In this document: positions 56,329 through 64,000 of the stretch, in pieces
Position numbering within the stretch: position 1 is the stretch's first letter
How the letters are laid out: each line of letters starts with the position of its first letter
DNA from: Candidatus Multivoradales bacterium
Lineage (GTDB): Bacteria; Acidobacteriota; Thermoanaerobaculia; Multivoradales; J023
Assembly: GCA_965248925.1 (NCBI GenBank)
Contig: CBDFLE010000005.1
Span: 960,001 to 1,024,000, forward strand
Direction: 5' to 3'
Length of the DNA stretch: 64,000 bases
Notes under the pieces: generated by a model
What the model saw: the letters and a program-made list of their open reading frames with translations, nothing else
Database searches by the model: none
What the model was told of the DNA's origin: nothing
Translations under genes and position numbers: made by a program

Positions 56329-56754
56329 TCAAGAGTCCCACCTACCTCGCTGCCGCCAAAACGCCACAACGAGGCCGACAGCGAAAGCCATAACCACCAG
56401 CAACAGCACCACCAGGCCACTGATCGGTACCCTGGGATAGCGAACCGCCAGATCGAGCCGTGCCAGCTCCACTCCCTCCCCCATCAGCCGCAGCCGCACC
56501 AACCCAGCCCGCCGAGGTCGCCACCTCACCACCCCGTCCACAACCTCAAGTTTTTCCTGCCGCGAAACCTGACTCATCGGCCGATACACCACCTCCAGCC
56601 CATCCCTCTGCCCCCCATCCACCACCTCAACTTCAACCTCCACTCCCGCCACCAACGGCAAGTCCCGCACCACAATCTCCGTCGCCCAAACCCAATCCCC
56701 CCCACCCACCACCAGCATCACCACCAAAGCCCCGCACCGGTACGCCCGGGGCAT
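56329..56754 (-). CDS. Small exported/membrane hypothetical protein
   Basis: Signal-like N-terminus from ATG 56754 and a C-terminal TM helix; start uncertain. Confidence 0.5.
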   Translation of the reverse strand: MPRAYRCGALVVMLVVGGGDWVWATEIVVRDLPLVAGVEVEVEVVDGGQRDGLEVVYRPMSQVSRQEKLEVVDGVVRWRPRRAGLVRLRLMGEGVELARLDLAVRYPRVPISGLVVLLLVVMAFAVGLVVAFWRQRGRWDS

Positions 56755-56906
56755 TCCGGTTGCCTGGAGCGCCGAAAGTAACGGGCCAAGGCAAAGTGTT
56801 CGGCCAAGCATCGCCCGGCACACAGCGCCAAGCCCGGCAGCTCTAGCCACCAACGACCGCCGCGGACCTAAAGGCTCGGCGCGGAAGGCAACTGGAATAC
56901 CCCGGA

Positions 56907-58475
56907 TCACGCACCACCCCCAACATCCACTTTCTTCATCCGAGTCAGCAGCCAAGCGACCCCAGCCGGTATCGCCAGCCAGCCCACCAGCATCCCTAGC
57001 GGCGCCAGCCGCAAAATCCCCCAACCGGCGCCATAGTTCTCCCCATAAGAACCTCCATAAAGGCCGCCACGAACCTCGCCGACGACTCCACCCAGCAATA
57101 GAGTGGCCAGAACCAGCGGGATACCCACCCCGATCAGATGGTCAAACCAGCGCCCCAAACGCCACCGCGACTGAGCGTTCATTCGCCGGCGAATCTCCGT
57201 CACCCGCCCAGATTGCCCAAGCACCAAACATTGAGCGAGACCGACCACCAACAGGCCGTAGCCAAAAACCCAATGATCCAACAGATCGAGCAGAGTCAGT
57301 CCCAGAGTGCCATTGTTAGTAATCCGAGGGTCCACCACTTGCGGCAACACGAAGCAGCAACTACCCACCGCTCCCAGCGAGCACAGCACCAGCACCACCC
57401 GCCGACGATCAAATCCCAGTTTGTCCCGCAGCGCACAGACCACACTCTCCACCAATGACACCGTCGATGAAAGACCCGCCAGCAACAGCAACGAGAAAAA
57501 CAGCACGCCGAAACTAGCCGCCACCCCACCACCGCCGGGCAATTGGCCGATGCCCAGCGGCACAATAAAGAAAGTCATCGCCAAGGTGCTCGCTTGCGGC
57601 ACCGTGGCAAAGACGAATAAGAGCGAGAAGATAGCAATGCCGGCAATCACTTCGAAACTGCAATTGAGCAACGAGATCAGCAACGCATTGTTGGCCTGAT
57701 CGCTTCGTCTCGGCAAATAAGAGCCATAAGTAGTCATGACCCCGAAACCGATCGACAAAGTAAAGAAAATCTGGCTCACCGCACCCTGCCAAACCGCCAG
57801 CTCGCCCATCGCTCGATAATCTGGAACGAACAAATCCCAGACTCCCTGCTCGCCACCCGGCAGAGTCACCCCGCGCAGCGCCAACAAGACCATCAGCAAC
57901 CACATCAGCGGCACCACGATCCTCGCCGCCCGCTCAATGCTCGCTGGACCCCGCCAGACGACCCAGCCATTGAGCCCCCAGACCACGACGATGAACAGCA
58001 ACGGCCGGTAACTCGCCAGCATGGCGAAGAAAAAGCCACTCGGGTTGGCCAACTCGCCGACCGAAAAGTCGCCAAGAGCCGTCATCGGCGTCCACAGAGG
58101 ACCCAGCGAGCCGACTAGCATGCCCATCACCCAGGCGAGAATCGCCACGTAGTAGAGAGTCAGTAAGCTGGTGTTGACCAACGCCCACCAGCCGAGCCAC
58201 TCACCACGCCTCCCGGCCACTTGGCGCAGAGCCGCCGGATAAGCTCGTCGCTGCTGATGGCCGAGGCCAAGCTCGACAGCCATCAACGGCAATCCGACCA
58301 GCAGGAGGGCCAGCAAATAGGGTAAGTAGAAGCCGCCACCGCCAAAGCGATAGGCATTGGCGGGAAAGAACACCACGTTGCCGAGCCCAATGGCCGAGCC
58401 TGAAGCCGCCAAGATAAAACCGACTCGGCTCCAATTACCGCGCACGTTCGCCTCAGTCTTCGCTAGATTCGACAT
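56907..58475 (-). CDS. Sodium-dependent transporter (NSS/SNF family)
   Basis: RGNWSRVGFILAASGSAIGLGN, GGGGFYLPY, QIFFTLSIGFGVMTTYGSY. Confidence 0.93.
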   Translation of the reverse strand: MSNLAKTEANVRGNWSRVGFILAASGSAIGLGNVVFFPANAYRFGGGGFYLPYLLALLLVGLPLMAVELGLGHQQRRAYPAALRQVAGRRGEWLGWWALVNTSLLTLYYVAILAWVMGMLVGSLGPLWTPMTALGDFSVGELANPSGFFFAMLASYRPLLFIVVVWGLNGWVVWRGPASIERAARIVVPLMWLLMVLLALRGVTLPGGEQGVWDLFVPDYRAMGELAVWQGAVSQIFFTLSIGFGVMTTYGSYLPRRSDQANNALLISLLNCSFEVIAGIAIFSLLFVFATVPQASTLAMTFFIVPLGIGQLPGGGGVAASFGVLFFSLLLLAGLSSTVSLVESVVCALRDKLGFDRRRVVLVLCSLGAVGSCCFVLPQVVDPRITNNGTLGLTLLDLLDHWVFGYGLLVVGLAQCLVLGQSGRVTEIRRRMNAQSRWRLGRWFDHLIGVGIPLVLATLLLGGVVGEVRGGLYGGSYGENYGAGWGILRLAPLGMLVGWLAIPAGVAWLLTRMKKVDVGGGA

Positions 58476-58587
58476 CGCAACAGCCTACAGTCGGCCGCCC
58501 AGCCAAACCACGGCAAAGGCGGGTCGATCGTGGCGCAATGTCGACGCAATCGCGGGAATCGCTACCAGGAAGTCTTAGAATCAACCA

Positions 58588-59739
58588 ATGAGCGCAGACT
58601 CCAAACAACCGACCCCGGCCGGCGAGAAGATCCTCGAGCGGCTCGCCGAACGGTCCTGGTCGATCGCCGAGATCGAGCGCCGCACACCGCTGACCAAGAA
58701 CACCATCGCCAATGCCATCTACGGTCCGCGGCAGCCGCAACGCAAGACCATCGAGATCCTCGCCACCGCCCTCGACCTACCGATCTCACAGCTCACCCGC
58801 CCCGAATTGGCGGCTATTGACACTGCTCGCTTTGCCAGCTTCGACAGCTGGCTGTTGCGATGGCGCAATCCCAGCCTGTGGATCTGCCTCGCTGGCGCCG
58901 CCCTGACCGCCTTCTTGCTCCGCCACGGTCTATCAGGCGGCGGCCTGTCGCCGGCCGTCCAAGGACTTCACGGCCTAGTCATCCTGGTGCTCTTATTGCG
59001 TCTGCCGCGAGCTTGGGTACGCCCCCGAACCTGGACCGACGCCACGGCTTCCCTACGCCTCGCCGCCGCCGCCGCGAGTGATTTTCGCCGCTACTGGGGA
59101 GCGGCCTGGACCTGTTGGCTGTTCCTCTATCTCGGCCTCACCGCCGGCGCCATATTCGGCCTATTGCCGAGCTCGGAAGTGCCCTACAGCAGTGCTAGCC
59201 GGTGGCTGATCGTCGGCCTGAACCTGATTCAGAACGGTGCCACAGTGATGCTGCTGCTGGGCTACGAAGTACTCGCCCGACCCACTATCGAGGCTGACCT
59301 GACCCGCAAACAGGTGCTGCCCACCGAAGCCTGGTTAGCCTTCGCCCTGCTCCTGCCACTACTCGAAGCGGCGGTGCTGGGGGCCGGCCTGTCGTGGCAA
59401 CTTCAGCAGTGGTTCGGCTGGATCAGCGGTTTCGCCCAGGGCACGGCCCTGGCCTTGATGGTGGGCCGCCTCGACAGCAAATACCTCGAGCCTCCGACCG
59501 TGGTGGTGGCCCTGCTCTACGTTTACGCCGCGATCCAAGGCGCCTGGCCGATGTTTCAATCCCACCACCAGCTGATGTTGGTGCTCACCTTCCTGGCGTT
59601 GGTGCTCAAGTGTTTGCTCTTCCTCTTCGTCGCTTGGTTGTTCGAGAGTCAGGTGCTGCTTTTCTACCTCGAACGGGTGCGACAACTCGACCACGGAGTG
59701 CGTACAGAGCGGGCGGATTATCTAGCACGGATCCAATGA
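58588..59739 (+). CDS. N-terminal HTH domain fused to multi-pass membrane domain
   Basis: WSIAEIERRTPLTKNTIANAIYG...TIEILATALD followed by ~8 hydrophobic helices. Confidence 0.75.
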   Translation: MSADSKQPTPAGEKILERLAERSWSIAEIERRTPLTKNTIANAIYGPRQPQRKTIEILATALDLPISQLTRPELAAIDTARFASFDSWLLRWRNPSLWICLAGAALTAFLLRHGLSGGGLSPAVQGLHGLVILVLLLRLPRAWVRPRTWTDATASLRLAAAAASDFRRYWGAAWTCWLFLYLGLTAGAIFGLLPSSEVPYSSASRWLIVGLNLIQNGATVMLLLGYEVLARPTIEADLTRKQVLPTEAWLAFALLLPLLEAAVLGAGLSWQLQQWFGWISGFAQGTALALMVGRLDSKYLEPPTVVVALLYVYAAIQGAWPMFQSHHQLMLVLTFLALVLKCLLFLFVAWLFESQVLLFYLERVRQLDHGVRTERADYLARIQ

Positions 59740-60041
59740 AAGAGTCACCAACAACCCACCTCTCGACATCACTAGGCCGGCCCGAGCAGGCCGACGTCAA
59801 GGTTAGGTAAAAGCTCTTCTGGCACTCGAACTCCACAGCGCTGAAGTGCGTAGCTCGCCGTGTGTCCACCGATTCCCGCCCAGGTCGGCCCCCTCGGGCT
59901 AGCAGTCTCTCGTTGCTTTCTACAGCTGCTGCTTGCGCCCCTGCAAGCGCAAACGTAGGATGCCGGAAACACAGCCCAAACACACGACAGTTCCAGCACT
60001 TCTAGCCCAACGAATTACTCGCTCTGCAGAGAGGACCCAGG

Positions 60042-62273
60042 ATGCCCAGGTTCAGCAAGTTCTCAATACTCTCGCTCGCCGCCGTCGCGGCCTTTGTTTT
60101 GACGTTGCCGGCCCTTGCCGGCGAATGGACCGGCTGGCGCGGCCCGCACCAGAACGGTGTCTCCGATGAGACCGGCCTGCCCGCGAGTTGGTCCCGCGAC
60201 GGCGAAAATCTGATCTGGCGCGCGGATTTCGAAGGCCGCTCCTCGGTGATCGTCTTCGACGGCCGGGCCTGTGCCATCGGTCGCCTGGGCGAGGACATCG
60301 AACGCCAAGAGCGGGTCACTTGCTGGAATGCCGAGAACGGCACGCTGCTGTGGCAGAAGAGCTACACGGTCTACCAGACAGACGTGCCCTGGAACCGGGT
60401 CGGCTGGTCTAACCTGGTGGCCGATGCCGAAACCGGCTATGTCTTCATGCACACCGTCCACGGCGTCTTCGAGGCCCTTGATCGCCACGGCAAGTCGGTG
60501 TGGCGCCACCAGTTGGCCGAAGACTACGGTCGCCTCTCAGGCTATGGCGGTCGCACGCAAACTCCAACCGTCGACCAAGACCGGGTCTATCTCGGCACGG
60601 TCTCCTCCAACTGGGGCGATCAGCGAGCACCGCGGCATCGCTACATGGCCTTTGACAAGCACAGCGGCGAAATTCTCTGGGTTGCCACTCCGGGCGGTCC
60701 GCCAGCCGGCGACCTCAACACTCAAACTACCCCGGTGGTAGCGGTCATCGGCGGCCAGCGGCTGCTGATCACCGCCAGCGCCGATGGCGGCGTGCACGCC
60801 CTTGAGGCCCGTACCGGCCGCAAGGTGTGGAGCTTCCAACTTTCTCAGCGCGGCCTCAACATCAGCGTGGCAGTCGAAGGCGACACTGTTTTCGCTTCCC
60901 ACAGCGAAGAGAACCTCGACTCCGGCGTGATGGGTCGCCTAGTGGCGATCGACGCCACCGGCCGCGGCGATGTGACTAAGACCCATGAGCGCTGGCGGAT
61001 CGACGAGCTGCAATCCGGCTTCCCCTCACCGATGGTTCACGACGGCAAGGTCTACGTTGTTGACAACTCGGCCAATCTGCACGCCATCGACGCCACCAGC
61101 GGTCGGGAACTGTGGGCCCAGAACTTCGGCAACGTTGGCAAGTCCTCTCCAGTGTGGGCCGACGGTAAGATCTACCTTACCGAAGTCAACGGCAACATCA
61201 TCATTCTCGAAGAAGACGAGGACGGCGCCAAGATACTCGACCAAGAGCACCTCGAGGTGCCGGGCGGCCGCTACGCCGAGATCTACGCCAGCCCGTCGGT
61301 GGCATACGGCCGGATCTACTTCGCCACCGAGGAAGGGGTCTACTGCCTGGGCGACAAAGCAAAACCCTTCGTGGCCAGCAGCTCGCCGGCCATCGACCTA
61401 GGAGAGGCGCCAGCAACCGACGACGCCAAAGCCTCTCAGCTCTTGCTGGTGCCGGCTGAGCTGGTGATCGATGCTGGCCAAAGCATGACTTTCAAGGTGC
61501 GAGCCTACGACGATGGGGGCCGCTTTCTGCGCCAAGTCGATGGCGGTGAGTGGAGCCTGAGCGGCGTCGACGGCAAGCTCGCCAAGGGTCAGCTGGAGAT
61601 CGCCGCCAGCGCCCCCAATCAGGGTGGCACGGTGGCGGTCACGGTCGGCGAACTCAAGGCCCAAGCGCGAGTCCGGGTCACCGGCAAGCTACCCTGGACT
61701 GAGGACTTCGAACAGCTCGCCGACGGCCAACGTCCCAACCATTGGCGGCCGACCTTCAAAGCCGCCGCGGTGAAGACGCTGGAGGACGGCAACAAGGTCC
61801 TAGCCCAACCCAAGGCAGCCCGTGGAGCACCGCGCGCCTTCATCTATCTGGGCTCCTCCCACCAGCGCGGTTACACCATCGAAGTCGACGTGCTGGGGGC
61901 CAAGCAGGGTCGCCGGGTTACCGACTTGGGCATCACCAACAGCGGCTACACCCTCGACTTGCAAGGCGCCGCCCAAAGTCTGGTGGTGCGTTCCTGGAGG
62001 GCCGAGCGGCGGATGATGCAGAAGATCGATTTCCCGTGGCAGATGGGGGTTTGGTACACCTTGAAATTACGCGTCGACCTGCAAGCTGACGGCCAAGGAG
62101 GCCACCTCGCCATCGTCCGCGGCAAGGCTTGGAAGCGCGATCAACAAGAGCCCGAAGACTGGAACCTCACCGCCGAGGATCCCCGACCGGTAGCGGCCGG
62201 CAGCCCGGGGCTTTACACCTACGCGCCGGTCGAGTCGTACTTCGACAACATTCGGGTTTACGACAGCCCATGA
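60042..62273 (+). CDS. Secreted PQQ-binding-like beta-propeller protein with C-terminal extra domains
   Basis: Signal peptide, WTGWRGP, repeated AIDATSGRELW / SSPVWADGKIY blades. Confidence 0.88.
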   Translation: MPRFSKFSILSLAAVAAFVLTLPALAGEWTGWRGPHQNGVSDETGLPASWSRDGENLIWRADFEGRSSVIVFDGRACAIGRLGEDIERQERVTCWNAENGTLLWQKSYTVYQTDVPWNRVGWSNLVADAETGYVFMHTVHGVFEALDRHGKSVWRHQLAEDYGRLSGYGGRTQTPTVDQDRVYLGTVSSNWGDQRAPRHRYMAFDKHSGEILWVATPGGPPAGDLNTQTTPVVAVIGGQRLLITASADGGVHALEARTGRKVWSFQLSQRGLNISVAVEGDTVFASHSEENLDSGVMGRLVAIDATGRGDVTKTHERWRIDELQSGFPSPMVHDGKVYVVDNSANLHAIDATSGRELWAQNFGNVGKSSPVWADGKIYLTEVNGNIIILEEDEDGAKILDQEHLEVPGGRYAEIYASPSVAYGRIYFATEEGVYCLGDKAKPFVASSSPAIDLGEAPATDDAKASQLLLVPAELVIDAGQSMTFKVRAYDDGGRFLRQVDGGEWSLSGVDGKLAKGQLEIAASAPNQGGTVAVTVGELKAQARVRVTGKLPWTEDFEQLADGQRPNHWRPTFKAAAVKTLEDGNKVLAQPKAARGAPRAFIYLGSSHQRGYTIEVDVLGAKQGRRVTDLGITNSGYTLDLQGAAQSLVVRSWRAERRMMQKIDFPWQMGVWYTLKLRVDLQADGQGGHLAIVRGKAWKRDQQEPEDWNLTAEDPRPVAAGSPGLYTYAPVESYFDNIRVYDSP

Positions 62274-62380
62274 CCGCATTTGAAAGATCCATGCTGATAT
62301 CTCAACTCACGACTCTTGATGACCTGCCAATAAGGATTCAGATGCCATTTGCCAGCCAGCCTGCGAGGAGCAAGCCGAAG

Positions 62381-63904
62381 ATGAGCGACCATAGATCAAT
62401 CCTCCACCCGACCCGCCGCCGTGGCCTGGCCACTCTCCTGGCCTGCTGCGGCCTGCTGACCGGTCTAGCCAGTCCGGCGATCGCCGCCGATCCCCCGCAA
62501 GCGATGTTTGGCGGCAGCCATGGGCGCAATATGGTGTCCAGTGAAACGGGTCTGCCCAGCGAGTGGGATGTCAAGACTGGCAAGAACATCAAATGGTCGC
62601 AAGCAGTCGGTTCCCAATCCTATGCCGGGCCGGTGATCCTCGATGGCAAGGTCTACGTCGGCACCAACAACGAGGGCCAGCGCGACCCCGAGGTGCAAGG
62701 GGACAAGGGCAACCTGATGGCCTTTAGCACCCAAGACGGCACCTTCCTCTGGCAAATGGTGCACGACAAACTGCCGCAGTCGAAACTGCACGACTGGCCG
62801 CTGCAGGGGGTCTGCTCAACGCCGGTGGTCGAGGGCAACAAGCTCTACTACACCTCCAACCGGGCCGAGATCGTCGCTCTCGATGTCGGCGGTCTGGCCG
62901 ATGGCAACGCCGGGCCGTTCCAGAGTGAGAAGTACCAGGGCGACCAGCATGGCGACGTAGTCTGGTCCTACGACATGATCACCGAACTCGACGCCTTCCC
63001 CCACAACCTGGCGGTGAGTTCGCCGCTGGTGGTGGGCGATCTGATCTACGTTTCCACCGGCAATGGTGTCGACGAGGGGCACGTCGACGTGCCGTCACCC
63101 TTGTCGCCAAGCTTCATCGCGATCAATAAGAAGACCGGCAAATTGGTGTGGGAAAGCGCCGCCCCCGGAACCTCGATCTTGCACGGCACCTGGACCAATG
63201 CCAGCTATGGGGTGATCAAGGGCAAGCCGCAGGTGCTCTTCCCGGGCGGCGACGGTTGGTTGTACTCTTTTGCGCCGAAGACTGGTGAATTGCTGTGGAA
63301 GTTCGACTGCAACCCGTCGGACTCGAAATGGCGGCTCGGCGGCTCGGGCACCCGCAACAACATCATCTCCTCAGCGGTGGTCTACGACGACAAGGTCTAC
63401 ATCGGCGTTGGCCAAGACCCTGAGCATGGTGAGGCTCCAGGGCACTTCTATGCCATCGACCCGAGCGCCAAGCCGGCGACGGGCAAAGACATCTCAGCCA
63501 CAGGAACGGTCTGGCATCGCGGTGGTGAGGACTTCAACCGCACCATCTCGACGGCAGCGATCCTGGACGACATTCTCTACATTACCGACCTCTCAGGCTT
63601 CCTCTACGCCCTCGACGCACAAACTGGCGAGCATTTCTGGACCTACGACGCCTTCGCCGCCATCTGGGGCTCCCCCTACGTCGCCGACGGCAAGGTCTAC
63701 CTCGGCGACGAAGACGGCGACATCGTAGTGTTGAAACACGGCAAGAAGCTTGTCGAGCTGGCCGAAGTCAACATGGGCAGCGCGGTTTACACCACGCCAG
63801 TGGCCCACGATGGCGTGCTCTACGTGCTAGCCCGCAACCGGCTATTCGCGCTTCAGGAAGGCGTGCAGATGTCGGCTGATGGTGGCAAAACGACCGCTCC
63901 CTGA
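62381..63904 (+). CDS. Secreted PQQ-binding-like beta-propeller protein
   Basis: Signal peptide, NIKWS...SQSYAGPV, ALDAQTGEHFW, GSPYVADGKVY; alternative start 62270 (ATGA overlap). Confidence 0.88.
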   Translation: MSDHRSILHPTRRRGLATLLACCGLLTGLASPAIAADPPQAMFGGSHGRNMVSSETGLPSEWDVKTGKNIKWSQAVGSQSYAGPVILDGKVYVGTNNEGQRDPEVQGDKGNLMAFSTQDGTFLWQMVHDKLPQSKLHDWPLQGVCSTPVVEGNKLYYTSNRAEIVALDVGGLADGNAGPFQSEKYQGDQHGDVVWSYDMITELDAFPHNLAVSSPLVVGDLIYVSTGNGVDEGHVDVPSPLSPSFIAINKKTGKLVWESAAPGTSILHGTWTNASYGVIKGKPQVLFPGGDGWLYSFAPKTGELLWKFDCNPSDSKWRLGGSGTRNNIISSAVVYDDKVYIGVGQDPEHGEAPGHFYAIDPSAKPATGKDISATGTVWHRGGEDFNRTISTAAILDDILYITDLSGFLYALDAQTGEHFWTYDAFAAIWGSPYVADGKVYLGDEDGDIVVLKHGKKLVELAEVNMGSAVYTTPVAHDGVLYVLARNRLFALQEGVQMSADGGKTTAP

Positions 63905-63915
63905 GGCAAGCGATC

Positions 63916-64000
63916 ATGGTGGATGTCATCATTCCCGGCGAGTTGGAAGCCAAGGCGGCCAAGGCGCGCCAGCATCTCGACTCTCATCTGCGCGACGTCG
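63916..64000 (+). CDS. 5' fragment of a CDS running off the window
   Basis: ATG at 63916 after GAGG, open to the end (MVDVIIPGELEAKAAKARQHLDSHLRDV). Confidence 0.5.
   Translation, partial: MVDVIIPGELEAKAAKARQHLDSHLRDV

Overview
GC-rich bacterial DNA; Acidobacteriota-like is an inference from the protein types. The left ~29 kb is a polymorphic-toxin locus. A full-length, signal-peptide-bearing RHS/YD-repeat toxin gene (28852-23795, minus) is followed by a head-to-tail array of at least three ~7.5-kb units: unit 1 <1-6664, unit 2 6665-14206, unit 3 14207-24654. Read on the minus strand, each unit carries an RHS core end plus toxin tip, an immunity gene, an oppositely oriented XRE regulator, two SymE-like genes, a CHC2/Toprim primase-ATPase and a tyrosine recombinase. 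Units 2 and 3 also show a structured non-coding spacer with a dif/cer-like palindrome and a signal-peptide leader fused in frame to the next displaced RHS tip; unit 1's spacer runs off the window edge. Units 2 and 3 look identical except for a 2.9-kb IS21 in the unit 3 primase. Unit 1 has a different toxin tip, immunity gene, regulator and promoter region. The best reading is a self-replicating integrative element that stockpiles and swaps RHS toxin tips. The right ~35 kb is mostly ordinary: GT2, a five-domain fascin-like protein, alkaline phosphatase, M23 peptidase, pgm, arsC, TonB, DUF2760 plus two Hsp70-like genes, an IS5-type element, pabAB, an SDR, an NSS transporter and PQQ-type beta-propellers. 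It also has a decayed patch at 53.6-56.3 kb with a three-way chimeric ORF, an ISL3 remnant and a truncated histidine kinase. No tRNA, rRNA or CRISPR array was recognised.
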